Below the pieces are notes generated by a model. It was not told the DNA's origin, did no database searches, and saw only the letters and a program-made list of their open reading frames with translations. Below are positions 25,570 through 42,999 of a DNA stretch of 64,000 nt, piece by piece; position 1 is the first letter of the stretch, and each line of letters starts with the position of its first letter. The stretch is taken from NCBI GenBank assembly GCA_964016885.1, contig OZ024756.1:40486001-40550000 (forward strand), given 5' to 3'. The position numbers and the translations under genes are program-made. The DNA is from Eledone cirrhosa (taxonomy: Eukaryota).

Positions 25570-26290
25570 ATACATCCAATATGTATGTGTGTGTATATAC
25601 ATCTAATGTGTATGTATTTGTGTGTATATATATATATATACATCTAATAGGTATGTATTTGTGTGTATATATATATACATCTAAAATGTATGTATTTGTG
25701 TGTATATATATATACATCTAAAATGTATGTATTTGTGTGTATATATATATACATCTAAAATGTATGTATTTGTGTGTATATATATATATACATCTAATGT
25801 GTATGTATTTGTGTGTATATATCTATATACATCTAATAGGTATGTATTTGTGTGTATATATATATACATCTAAAATGTATGTATTTGTGTGTATATATAT
25901 ATACATCTAAAATGTATGTATTTGTGTGTATATATATATACATCTAAAATGTATGTATTTGTGTGTATATATATATACATCTAATATGTATGTATTTGTG
26001 TGTATATATATATACATCTAATATGTATGTATTTGTGTGTATATATATATACATCTAATATGTATGTATTTGTGTGTATATATATATACATCTAAAATGT
26101 ATGTATTTGTGTGTATATATATATACATCTAAAATGTATGTATTTGTGTGTATATATATATACATCTAATATGTATGTATTTGTGTGTATATATATATAC
26201 ATCTAATATGTATATATTTGTGTGTATATATATATATACATCTAATATGTATGTATTTGTGTGTATATATATATACATCTAATATGTATG
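25570..26290. repeat. ~36-38-bp AT-rich minisatellite (~19 copies)
   Basis: Unit TACATCTAAAATGTATGTATTTGTGTG(TA)n. Confidence 0.95.
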
Positions 26291-26359
26291 TGTCATTGTT
26301 ATATGTATAAATGTGTGTGCAGGTCTTATATTCTCTTGTGCGTCATCTATTACTACCAG

Positions 26360-26895
26360 CAGCAGTGGTAGTGGTGGTAGTAGTGACTGTTGTGATGGTA
26401 GTAGTGGTGGTAGTGACTGTTGTGGTGGTGGTGTTGGTAGTGTTGGTGGTGGTAGTGGTAGTAGTAGTGGTGGTGGAGGTAGTAGTGGTAGTAGTGTTGG
26501 TGGTGGTAGTAGTGGTAATGCTGGTATTGGTAGTAGTAGTGGTAATGCTGGTATTGGTAGTAGTAGTGGTAATGCTGGTATTGGTAGTAGTAGTAGTAGT
26601 GGTGGCAGTAGTGGTAATGCTGGTATTGGTGGTAGTAGTGGTGGTAGTAGTGGTAATGCTGGTATTGGTAGTAGTAGTAGTGGTGGCAGTAGTGGTAATG
26701 CTGGTATTGGTAGTAGTAGTGGTAGTAGTAGTGGTGGTAGTAGTGGTAATACTGGTATTGGTAGTAGTAGTGGTAATGCTGGTATTGGTAGTAGTAGTGG
26801 TAATGCTGGTATTGGTAGTAGTAGTGGTAATGCTGGTATTGGTAGTAGTAGTGGTAGTAATAGTGGTGGTAGTAGTGGTAGTAGTAGTGGTGGGG
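26360..26895. repeat. (GGT/AGT)n trinucleotide low-complexity tract with a higher-order ~27-bp unit
   Basis: GGTAATGCTGGTATTGGTAGTAGTAGT repeats; open in four frames (poly-V, poly-GS, poly-LP, poly-T), which is a repeat artefact. Confidence 0.9.
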
Positions 26896-27760
26896 GTGTC
26901 GTTAGTCTGTCTCGCCTCCACATCTTCATCCAACTAAAAGATTTCCTACTTTTAATCATAGTAAAGTTTAGTGCCACAGTTCCTCTGCTCCCCACCCCCA
27001 CCACCACCATCTCTTGTCTATATATAAGTTTTATACCCCCGCCCCACCTCGGCTATCTACACCCCTCACCTCTTCGTACTTCAAAGAAAACATAGACACT
27101 CAGGTAATATTTGTAAAGGAACATTGCCAAACTTACGGTTTCTCACACCTTTTATGTAATTGTGTGTATGTGTATATATATATATATGTATTTGTGTATA
27201 AGGTAAATTATATGAGGTGATCTTTTCATTATGTATAATATACAAATAAAGTCTCCCTGTCTTTATATGATGAATTGGGTAAATCATCTGAGACTATCCT
27301 TACAATATCTACACCGAAACTCCCTCTAGAGCTGTTCGGTCATGGAAGCTAGCAAGGGAAATAACTCCTATAGCCTGGACTGGTCAAAACATTTTATAAG
27401 GCTGATAGACAACAACATTGACAAAGAACACTTTACAACATTCGTCCTGCACCCCCTTTTTGTGTCACATTTGTGTTTTAGATCAATACTAGAATGTCAT
27501 TGACAGTGTCTAGCGTTTGTGTGACAGACGAGCAAATGGGTTATTCAGTTATTATGATATAAATTTAATTGTTTTTGTTTCTCTTTTATTTCAGTTTGTA
27601 TGTGTCACTTAATAGAAGTTGATCACCACCAGCAGGAAATATTGTCTTTTGCCTGATACATTGGTGGAATGCCAGAATTGCATATAGACCTCTTTCATCA
27701 AGACTGCCATTCCTTCTGCCTTTTGTTGAATCTCGGCATAGCTGAAGTGGCACCTTCCAA

Positions 27761-32754
<4,994 letters not shown>

Positions 32755-33317
32755 CTGCAAGCTGTATAAGTTATGTATGGAAACTCTACCTCTCCCTTCA
32801 ACATTACATTATAGCAATGGGAGAGATCATTAATGCTTTCTTCTTAGTGCTGGAAGCTGTCTATAAATTAATTTCTGTGTACAGATCTAAATATATCTAG
32901 ACTTAGCTGTTCTTTAATATCTTCTTCTTCTCTTTATCGATGACCCTTCTCTGTCTCTCTGAGTTACTGTATATGTGTATATATGTGAGAAAGCTTGTGT
33001 ACATATGTAGGAGTCTGTATGAATACATATATATATACACATGTACAAAAGTGTGTGTGGATAGATACTCAGAAAAAAAAATATGAATCTACTTCATCTC
33101 CACTGTTGGCTTAAAAAAACTTTCTTTTGGTTTAGATTTTGATAAAACAACTGTTTCTAGGAGAGTAATGGAATCCTAAATAAAGTCATTAAAATAATGG
33201 CTTTTCTTTTCTTAAATTGTTCTTTGACCAAATTTTACTTAGATATAAACTACAAAAGATATAGGAGACTCTGCTCACTTCATGACAACTTCTTTACAAT
33301 GTTTACTGAAATTTTGC

Positions 33318-33487
33318 ATGAAGCCATACCTCATATCTCTCTTTATTACGACCTTTCTCTCCCAGTTTTATTATTGAAGGCATACCTTATATCTCTCTTT
33401 ATTATGTCCTTTCTCCCCCAGTTTTATTATTGAAGCCATACCTCATATCTCTCTTTATTACATCCTTTCTCCCCCAGTTTTTATTAT
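33318..33487. repeat. ~56-bp tandem triplication in the putative CCDC102 3'UTR
   Basis: TGAAGCCATACCTCATATCTCTCTTTATTAC...CTTTCTCCCCCAGTTTTATTAT x3. Confidence 0.85.
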
Positions 33488-34173
33488 TTTCATTCAGTTT
33501 GTATTGAAAAAGAAAAAAAACAATCTCTTTATCTTTTATATTTTGAGAAGAAATTTATTTTTTCTAAATCTTGAGGAAATCACCTATCCCTCATCCCTTT
33601 TCTCACTCACTCTCTCTCTCTCTCTCCTTCCCAAGAAAACTGTATTTGATGCAAAGGTTCTTAATCTGCTGTGTCATTCTCTTTCATTCTGTTTCTGCCA
33701 GAAGTTACAACCGACAAATAGTATCAGCAATGGGGAAAAACTGTTTCCTTGGTCCAATCTGATAATCAGCTTCTTTCTTTCTTTCAATCAAAGCTACTTT
33801 CATAATTTATTAAAAAAAAAAATAAAAAAAAGGGATTTCAATATTAAGTGATAAACCATTTGTTTTTTGTTGTTGTTTTTTTTATATTTATCATTTTAAA
33901 AAGAAAGAAAATTACCAAAATTTCTATCAAAATGTTGCCATTGATATTTTTCTAATTTAATTAAAACAATTTTTTTTTTTATTTCATTTCATTTAACTTC
34001 AATTTTTATACTGTTTCTCATTCTCATCATTTTTTTTACTTTACTTCATGTATTATACAACATATCAGGATATATACTTTCGTTGTTTTGTTTTTTTTGC
34101 ATTTATTTTGCAAGATTCTTGGTGCTTGTGTTTTGATTGTCAGTGTGACCATCCAAAAATAATATATATATAT

Positions 34174-34345
34174 GAGTCCCAGGTTCAATCGGGGGTAACC
34201 ACAGTAAGTAAAATACTCGATACATTAGTAGAGTGTATATAAACAAATTTAATATAGAAATGGCTTCTACAGAACTTTCCTGATGATTTTCTTCAAATGA
34301 AACAGTTTTAGTCCTGTAGAAGCCATTTCTATATTACATTTGTTT
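34174..34345 (-). mobile_element. Fold-back hammerhead element with a complete core on the + strand
   Basis: Arms 34241-34272 / 34314-34345. TTTC-CTGATGA(34280-34286)-ttttcttcaaat-GAAA(34299)-CAG-ttttagtc-CTG-TA-GAAG. The tail 34174-34240 is the reverse complement of the tails at 21804-21863 and 30170-30238. Confidence 0.8.
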
Positions 34346-34365
34346 TATATATACATATATATATA

Positions 34366-34590
34366 ATTAGTGGAAGTAGAGGATCTACCATGAGGTCAGT
34401 GGTTTTGGCTAGTTACCTCTTCTAGCCATTATCAGGGACCTGATGAGGGCTAGAAGAGGTAAGTAGATGAAACCACTGACCTGAAGGTTGATCCTCTACT
34501 TCCACTAATATACCCCACTCTGCTACTTACCATGTTTTGAGTACTTCTTTTATTTGTGGTCTTCCTGGCCCCAGTACCGCAGACTATCAA
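34366..34590 (+). mobile_element. Fold-back hammerhead element (distinct family, decayed)
   Basis: Imperfect inverted repeat 34366-34509. Merging both arms gives CTGATGA-n-GGCTAG-loop-CTAGCC-GAAA-CCA-loop-TGG-TA-GATCC. Tail CACTCTGCTACTTACCATGTTTTGAGTAC. Confidence 0.75.
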
Positions 34591-34893
34591 TATATATATA
34601 CACACACGCACACATATATTTATATATAAACCTTACAAATTATCGAAGTACTAGGAGATTTGAAATGTGAGAATCTCAAAGCTAGAAAATATTTGTAATA
34701 ACAGTCAAAGACTATAAATAATAATCTGAGTCGGGTAAAATACCCCTAGAGGTAGAAAAAAAAGTGAACAGCAGCGTCTATGGAAAATGTCAGTAGGTGC
34801 AACTCTATAATTATCTACAGGTGTGTTGACTACATTGACTGTTGTTACAGGTATTTTCTGAGGACAGGATTCTCGCATATTCAAATATATGTG

Positions 34894-34926
<33 letters not shown>

Positions 34927-34929
<3 letters not shown>

Positions 34930-35180
34930 TATTTACATAATAAACAACATCATATAGTTATTCCATTACCAAAGGTTTCCTGAAACATCCGGCCTGTTCA
35001 TCAAATGAAATAGTTTTCTATTTCATAGGTAACTATTTCATCTGATGAATGGGCCAGATGTTTCTGTAAGGATCATCTAGTTTCTTGAAACCTTTGGGAA
35101 TGGAATAATTATATTATGTTGTTTATTACATAATTAAATAGCTCTGTACTATAGATAGAGCACTCTTCTTTCCTTTACCT
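34927..35180 (+). mobile_element. Fold-back hammerhead element (distinct family, decayed)
   Basis: Outer arms 34938-34979 / 35087-35128. TATTTCAT-CTGATGA(35042)...GAAA-CC-ttt-GG-[T/G]A-ATGGAATA gives an 8-bp helix I. Tail GCTCTGTACTATAGATAGAGCACTC; (TA)n flanks. Confidence 0.72.
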
Positions 35181-36609
35181 ATATATATATACTCACACAC
35201 ACACACACACACACAATACACCCTTTATAAGCTAAAAGAAAGATGTAGATCCAGATAATCTGGGGTGATTTATCCAGTATTATAATCACATGTGTCCTCC
35301 AGATGAAATGGTTTTGGCACTAGCAACATGTCACCAGTTTTACTGCTGGATTTATTATTGTTATTATATCCCGTTGACTATAGTTTTAGTTCTATATTAT
35401 CCCAATTATGGTTTCAATCAGAATTAAAGATATAGAGAGAAGGTTTTGGTCATTTGGTCAAACTGGGTTACTCAGAGCTCCCTTCAATACTAAAGATATA
35501 GAGAGAAGGTTTTGGTCATTTGGTCAAACAGGGTTACTCAGAGCTCCCTTCAATCCATATATAAAAGATTTCCTTCTAAAAAGATATTTAGCAGATTCAC
35601 ACCACAAACAATTGATAGAGTTTAACTAAATGGCCGAAAACAATATTTTTGCCAGTGGACCTCTTTTTAATTATTTTTATCTGACCCCTAGTTTCAACTA
35701 ATGAAATACAGAAATTTGATTGTCAATGTTTGATTAAATTGATCAAGGAATATTGGTTTTTAAACAATTTTTTTTTCCGTCTTCCATGGCATTCTTCTCC
35801 AAGAGATTTTTTTTTAAATATTCTAATGACCAAAATAGACTACCTTTTCTAATATACAAGAATATTGTGTAGTTTCTATGTCGACAATCAATGTATTCTA
35901 AATTACGTTTCATGTCTATTTGGCTAATGTTGGCGCTTATCGACATCTTTCTTATGGTTTATTTTTTGTTCTTTTAATCTTGTACTTGTGGTATTTATAT
36001 CTACGCCGCAATTTCAATAGTCCTACACGGTGGTGGGGAACTTTTTTTTAAATGCTTGAAGGTCACAGAAATTAACTGACATCTAATGAGGCCACAGTTT
36101 GAAAAAATATATATATATTGCCTCGCTAAACCTCAATTATTTTACAAAATATAATTATAAAATGTAAATAATGAAATATAATTTGGTTTTTCTATAAATT
36201 AAAAAAATATGATAAATAAGATGAAATAGCCCAAAATATCCTCCAATTTGAACATTGTGCTTCTTTCAGCTGATTAAAGCTTAAAACTTTGAAAGACACT
36301 GCCTAATATTTGAAAATAATTTTGAAAATAAAGAATTTTGAGGGATTTAGTAATATAACTAATTTTCTCATTATTCGGAACATAGATTAACAAAAGTTCT
36401 AACAAAATTATGGTGAAAGGTGTTTTAGATAAATATAAATACATTAAAAATAACACCTATGTGTGATAAAACCAAGGGTGGTTCCAGGTGATTTGGTATC
36501 AAAAGAGTTACTGGCAGTTCCTCCCACCCATGGTCTTATACATGGTTTCTGCAGATATTGTATCCTTTTGGTGATGTTTGTAATCTATGTTCTTTATTAT
36601 TTTTTAATG

Positions 36610-36832
36610 TCAACCCTTAATATTCTTAGCTCACCCTATGTTGACCTTTAATAGTCTTAGCTCACTCTAAGTTGACCCTTAATATTCTTAGCTCACCCTA
36701 TGTTGACCCTTAATAGTCTTAGCTCACCCTATGTTGACCCTTAAAATAGTCTTAGCTCACCCTAAGTTGGCCCTTAATAGTCTTAGCTAACCCTAAGTTG
36801 ACTCTTAATAGTCTTAGCACACCCTATGTTGA
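36610..36832. repeat. 31-bp minisatellite (~7 copies)
   Basis: Unit CTTAATAGTCTTAGCTCACCCTATGTTGACC. Confidence 0.9.
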
Positions 36833-36967
36833 AAGCTGAACTAAACAGAATGTAGCATAGACAATACAAAAAAACAAAAAAAAACACCAAAAAGAATCAC
36901 AAAAAATCCCCCAAAACTATTTTAGCAATAAATTCGTCCCTTCCCCTCCAAGAAAGACAAAATAGAA

Positions 36968-37320
36968 CTAGTTAACCCCAAGTCCTTCCAGAATGTTCTA
37001 GTTAAGTATTGTGTTACATTGAAAGTTTCTAGAGCTGTAGTTAACCCCAGTCCTTCCAGAATGTTCTGGTAAAGTATTATGTTTCTAGAGCTGTAGTTAA
37101 CCCCAGTCCTTCCAGAATGTTCTGGTAAAGTATTATGTTTCTAGAGCTGTAGTTAACCCAAGTCTTTCCAGAATGTTCTGGTAAAGTATAATGTTTCTAG
37201 AGCTGTAGTTAACCCAAGTCTTTCCAGAATGTTCTGGTAAAGTATAATGTTTCTAGAGCTGTAGTTAACCCAAGTCTTTCCAGAATGTTCTGGTTGTCGT
37301 GTTCCATTGAAAGTTTCTAC
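36968..37320. repeat. ~58-bp tandem repeat (5-6 copies)
   Basis: Unit TAGTTAACCCAAGTCTTTCCAGAATGTTCTGGTAAAGTATAATGTTTCTAGAGCTG. Confidence 0.9.
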
Positions 37321-38369
37321 TTTTATATCAGAAATCTGTTCTAAATATTTTTTCTTATTTTTCAGGTGTCTTATGATGTCACCTGACCACTTATAATTTA
37401 TCTTCCAATATTTAACTGTTGCCTTCCTTCAAAACAAAACTCTACTACTGTCAAAATATCTTATTTTTTATTATTAATTTATTTTTCTCCATATTTCTGA
37501 CAAATTAATCAGTTAACGACCTCATATAAACTTAAATTATTTATAAGATCCTCATCATACTTTTTTCAAAATTTCTTTTTAAATTTTTTTTATGGCATTG
37601 AAGTATGAGATAATATTCATGTGTAACATTTCTGCTAAGTCCCATTATAATTGCTGAGTTCCTTATTACCACCATCATCATAACCACCATTACCATCATC
37701 ATCATCATCATCATAACTAAGAGCATGTTAGAAATCAGCACCGACACCTATCGAAGACATGCCACTCCCTGATGTTGCACAGTCGGACTTAAATTCTGAC
37801 GAGTCCGAGGAAAGGCAAATAATCTGCCCCAAAAAGAAACAAAAGGAAAAAATTCCGTGTCTTCGCCCTCAAAAATTAAAAAAAAAGAGGGCAAAAGAGG
37901 CAAAAAAAATATTAAAAACCTACATCCCCAGCACCACCAACTCCACTGCCATTAGCACCACAACAATCACCACACACAGACATTAACAACATCCCAAGCA
38001 AAACCTAATCCACACCTGCAACAACAAAAAGATACAAGCACCTCACACTTCACATTAATAAACACTAACGACACAAAACTAATTAACTACTTGCAGCACA
38101 ACACCACAATTAGGTGAAAAGATTTTATTACACCCCAAAAAATCAGACTACCTACAATCATACAAAACATACACACACGAAAACAAAATTCCATGATTCT
38201 ATTGGAGACTTCCGAGGGACGCTCTCCAAAAGAATCTATACAGACATTCCAATACAAGAACCCACAACCAACCAGAAGGACGGAACAGCCGTCCTTTCCC
38301 CCCTAAAAATCTAAGGTAAGTGGTCTTTCCCACTTTCTCCTCTCTAAATCAATCATCGCTTCACTCAAG

Positions 38370-38670
38370 ATAGCTAGTGTGAATGCATGTACCCTAGGGT
38401 CATCCTGGAAGCAGGGCCACCTGCTCAACAACCTCAGGTCACTGGACATAGATGTGGTGGCCATTAGTAAGACCAGAGTTTCCGACGCGTGAACCTTCGC
38501 CTCCATTTTCAGTGGATATGAGGTGTACGTGTCTCCAAGACATCCGGGATCTGGAGGGGAAGCTGCTGTGTTGTTCTGGGAAGGCCTGGATCTTGCAATA
38601 AGACCAGACCCATAGGGTAAATTGGTGGTACTGGATGTAACCAGTAGAGAAGAGCTCGCCTTCAGGTTTC
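38370..38670 (+). mobile_element. Decayed L1/Tx1-type AP endonuclease (LINE ORF2 N-terminus)
   Basis: IASVNACTLGSSWKQGHLLNNLRSLDIDVVAISKTR...GGEAAVL...DP*GKLVVLDV with two in-frame stops; matches the APE pattern xNxxG...DVxxxxET...GVAVL...D.EGRLV. Confidence 0.6.
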
Positions 38671-40254
38671 CTGGCGGTTGGTTTTGCCCATAAAAATTTG
38701 ACCAGTGATTCTTTGCTGACATATTCTAACCACATACCCATAGTATCGGAGCTGTGATCTCCCAATTTGGAGAAGTAGTGGCTCTACCTGAAGCGACTCT
38801 CTGATCTCTCAGCTATACACTCTATTGAATAACATTACTCCAAAGACCGTTCTGATGCGGCGGTGGTGGGGATTGGTGTTGGTGGTAGTGGTAGTAATGG
38901 TAGTGGTGTTGGTAGTGGTAGTAGAGGTGGTGGTGGTTTGTGTTCACCTTTGTTTTTCTACAGATGTTTCTGGTCAGCTCTTTTTTTTGTTCTGCTGTCT
39001 TCTTTGTCTCATTATCTTTTCTGTTGTTACCAGATGTTCCACAGGACCCTCTTCTCATTACATGTCTCCCCTTCCACTCTAATTTTGTTTCTTATTTCTG
39101 GATTGTGTTCAATAATTTTCTGTCCTTTGCGCCCCTCTACCCACGTGTATATATATATATATATATAAAATGGACTTTCATAAACAGAAGCTTCTCATGA
39201 GACTGTGGTCTACTTTATTCTCTTGCTGTAATTGATCACTTGAAAAAAGATTATCAACACCAGTGAAAGTTGTGAGTGTATGTTACTGTTCATTTGAAAC
39301 TTATCAAAAATATTAGCAACATAAGAGAAAGTTACAAATCTATGTTATTTCTCACTTCCAAATCTGTACTTAGCTTGGAAAGAATTATTTACTATACTGC
39401 CTACTGTAAATTTTGATAAAACCAATATATTTATACATCATTTTTTTAAAACTGTTTTCGAAAAAAATTGTTCTTTTTAAAATAGTTACTGGACATTTTG
39501 GGAAGAAAGGTTTATGGAACCTTAAATGTGATGAGGTTAAGAAAATCAGGCTAAATGTTATATAATGGAAGCATTTATTTTACATTAGTTCACAGCAACA
39601 AAGTCAAGTTCGGTAATTTTTGTTTTTCTATAATGAATTACTTTCTCTACTTCAATGATGTCTTGCTATGTAAATTTAGTTTATTTTAATTCTGATTAAT
39701 AGTGAGAGATAGGGAGAGACTGAGACAGTTCGGAGTTTTGGACCTGGTGTAGTATATGAGAGACGGAGACAGTGGGAGTTTAGTTCCATTGTGTTTGGAC
39801 CTGGTGTATATGTATATATTTATTTAACACACCACATAAATGATGACAACACAAACAACATTAATTGAAGTTATTTGGTTTTATAAAAATTTGTAGAATT
39901 GCAACTTGCCAGTCAGTTTACGTCTATCACAGAGTTGACTTAGATTCAATGGGTTCTGTCTCCTCACTTTTCAATCAGGGACTAATTGAAAGATTGACTT
40001 CTTCAGGTAGACTTATCTCTTGATTCACTAGAAAAGGGGTCAGTTTAATATCCTCCCAACAGCCAAATAAATCACTGATATTTTCTCTTCTATTAAATAA
40101 GGTCAAATCTTGCCTGTTTTCAGTGAAATTCTTTTATCTCCAAGCTGGTGTGTAAAACGAAAAAAACAAAAAAACCCTGTGAAATTTTCCCATGAATGTG
40201 TTCCTTTATAAGCTTTTTTTTAGGGGTAGAGGATAAGAATAACTAATAAAGGCT

Positions 40255-40600
40255 GCAAATTGGCTGAGTTGTTAGAACGTTGGGTAGAATGTTTTACAGT
40301 ATTTGTTCCGGCTCTCTGTGTTCTGAGTTCAAATCCCAACAAGATCAAATTTGCCTTTCATCTTTTCGAGGTTGATAAAGTACCAGTTTAATACTGGGGT
40401 TGATTCTTCCTCTATATCTCTTTGTCTTTCTCCTTCTCCTCATTGCCAGAATCATTAGTGTATCAGACAAGAAGCTTTACAGCCCTTTAAAACATTCTCA
40501 GTTCAAATCTCATAGAGATCAACTTTGCCTTTCATCCTTCTGGAGTCGATTAAGTACCAGTTATTTACTTGGGTTGATATAATTAACTTATTCGCCCCTC
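40255..40600 (+). mobile_element. Two tandem tRNA-derived SINE copies
   Basis: GAGTTCAAATCCC...TTTGCCTTTCATCTTTTCGAGGTTGATAAAGTACCAGT and CAGTTCAAATCTC...TTTGCCTTTCATCCTTCTGGAGTCGATTAAGTACCAGT. Confidence 0.7.
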
Positions 40601-41351
40601 ACCCAACTCTTGTTTTTTTTAATATCACCAGAAAAGGATTCTTCCTGATCTCGAAGAAGCCTCGTTTTCCTCCTTTTATCGTGCAGCCCTATAATCTAAG
40701 ATATTCCAGTTATGGCCATCCTGTCTTTTTTATTTTTAAGGGGTATCTAGGATTCACAATATCTAATGTGTCATTTCTTTTTTTTTTTTTTAAAGACATC
40801 AAGGTATGGTTTGAGGGAGATTTGGCTGCTATTTCTAGCAGTTATACATAGGCAGCTCCTTCTACTCCCACATGTATGTTGGAGAATTAAATTTTAGTTT
40901 AAAATAAAATACCTTTCATGTTTTGTTTTATTTTATTTTGACTTGGTGACTTTATTACCCCCCCCCCCCCCCATTACTTCATACCTCTATCACCACCACC
41001 TCCTCAGCCATCATTATCATAGTCAACAGCTCATCAGTATGTGTAGATGGGTGTCATAATTAAATCATCTTGTTTAAAAGAAATCAACTAATTAAACATT
41101 CCAAGTACATTTCTTTTTCTTCATTTTTATTTTTTTTTTTTTTTTTTTATTAAACATTTTAATGTTAATTACTTTGTACAATTACAATTTAATGTTATTT
41201 TCTGTTTATAAAAAATTATAAAATTTCAAATAGCTTTTGAAAAATAAACTGCTGTGGACATTTCCTCTCAACTTTTGTGTAATTCTCTTTAACCAAAACT
41301 GGCACCGGTTCTATAAAATGGAATGAAATTATAGCAGACACCTTTGAAAGT

Positions 41352-42539
41352 TCAGTTGGCCTTCCACAAGGTCCCACCACTTAGGAGGTTCAGCTGGCCT
41401 TCCACAAGGTCCCACCACTTAGGAGGTTCAGCTGGCCTTCCACAAGGTCCCACCACTTAGGAGGTTCAGCTGGCCTAACACGAGGTCCCACCACTTAGGA
41501 GGTTCAGCTGGCCTTCCACAAGGTCCCACCACTTAGGAGGTTCAGCTGGCCTTCCACAAGGTCCCACCACTTAGGAGGTTCAGTTGGCCTAACACGAGGT
41601 CCCACCACTTAGGAGGTTCAGTTGGCCTTCCACAAGGTCCCACCACTTAGGAGGTTCAGCTGGCCTTCCATAAGGTCCCACCACTTAGGAGGTTCAGCTG
41701 GCCTAACACGAGGTCCCACCACTTAGGAGGTTCAGCTGGCCTTCCACAAGGTCCCACCACTTAGGAGGTTCAGCTGGCCTAACACGAGGTCCCACCACTT
41801 AGGAGGTTCAGTTGGCCTAACACGAGGTCCCACCACTTAGGAGGTTCAGCTGGCCTAACACGAGGTCCCACCACTTAGGAGGTTCAGCTGGCCTTCCACA
41901 AGGTCCCACCACTTAGGAGGTTCAGCTGGCCTAACACGAGGTCCCACCACTTAGGAGGTTCAGTTGGCCTAACACGAGGTCCCACCACTTAGGAGGTTCA
42001 GCTGGCCTTCCACAAGGTCCCACCACTTAGGAGGTTCAGCTGGCCTAACACGATGTCCCACCACTTAGGAGGTTCAGCTGGCCTAACACAAGGTCCCACC
42101 ACTTAGGAGGTTCAGCTAGCCTTCCACAAGGTCCCACCACTTAGGAGGTTCAGCTAGCCTTCCACAAGGTCCCACCACTTAGGAGGTTCAGCTGGCCTAA
42201 CACGAGGTCCCACCACTTAGGAGGTTCAGTTGGCCTCCCACCACTTAGGAGGTTCAGCTGGCCTTCCACAAGGTCCCACCACTTAGGAGGTTCAGCTGGC
42301 CTTCCACAAGGTCCCACCACTTAGGAGGTTCAGCTGGCCTAACACAAGGTCCCACCACTTAGGAGGTTCAGTTGGCCTTCCACAAGGTCCCACCACTTAG
42401 GAGGTTCAGCTGGCCTAACACAAGGTCCCACCACTTAGGAGGTTCAGCTGGCCTTCCACAAGGTCCCACCACTTAGGAGGTTCAGCTGGCCTAACACAAG
42501 GTCCCACCACTTAGGAGGTTCAGCTGGCCTTTCACAAGG
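41352..42539. repeat. 38-bp minisatellite (~31 copies) with two interspersed unit variants
   Basis: Unit GGTTCAGCTGGCC[TTCCACA|TAACACG]AGGTCCCACCACTTAGGA; no unique spacers. Confidence 0.97.
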
Positions 42540-42830
42540 TTTCTCGAACGTTTTAATGATCTAATGTATCATTTTGTTTTGTTTGTGATTTGAGGGAGGA
42601 GATTTGACTGTTACTTCTGGCAGTTTATACATAGGTAGCTCCTTTGTTGTGTAAATGAGTCTCCTTCTGTTCTCACTTGTATTTGTTGGAGAATAAAATA
42701 TTTAGTTTAAATTGAAATAAAGCTTATGAAGATGTGAGGTGGTTTGTGAGAGGAATGGCATCCTCCTATAAACAGTCCACCCCACCTCGAGATACAGGAC
42801 AATAAAGATTAGTAGTTTTATATATATATA

Positions 42831-42999
42831 ATGGTAGAACACAGAGAGGTTATATTCGTAGTAAGTAGAGCAGTCAGTACATAGGACGAGTTTGGTATAA
42901 AATTCCATAACATATTAGCAGACCATCTAGAGTTGAAAATCTGTTAGGTGAAATGCATGTCCTCGAAGATGATTTGCTAATATGTTGTGGAACTCTATA
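42831..42999 (-). mobile_element. Old fold-back hammerhead element
   Basis: Arms 42896-42928 / 42967-42999 enclose GAG-TTGAAAA-tctgttaggt-GAAA-TGCATG-TC-CTC, consistent with a decayed CTGAAGA...GAAACGCGTGTC; (TA)n flanks. Confidence 0.55.

Noticed and set aside
26279-27095. Gly/Ser-rich, poly-Thr, poly-Val and Leu/Pro ORFs
   Set aside because: Trinucleotide low-complexity tract open in four frames; no splice or domain support. A GS-rich exon cannot be fully excluded.
37759-38314. Lys-rich short ORFs upstream of the endonuclease relic
   Set aside because: Possibly LINE ORF1 debris, but no recognisable motif; not called.
41352-42539. 38-bp repeats as a CRISPR array (also 5695-6414 and 50319-51012)
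   Set aside because: Head-to-tail units with no unique spacers, no cas genes, and a eukaryotic intron/exon context.
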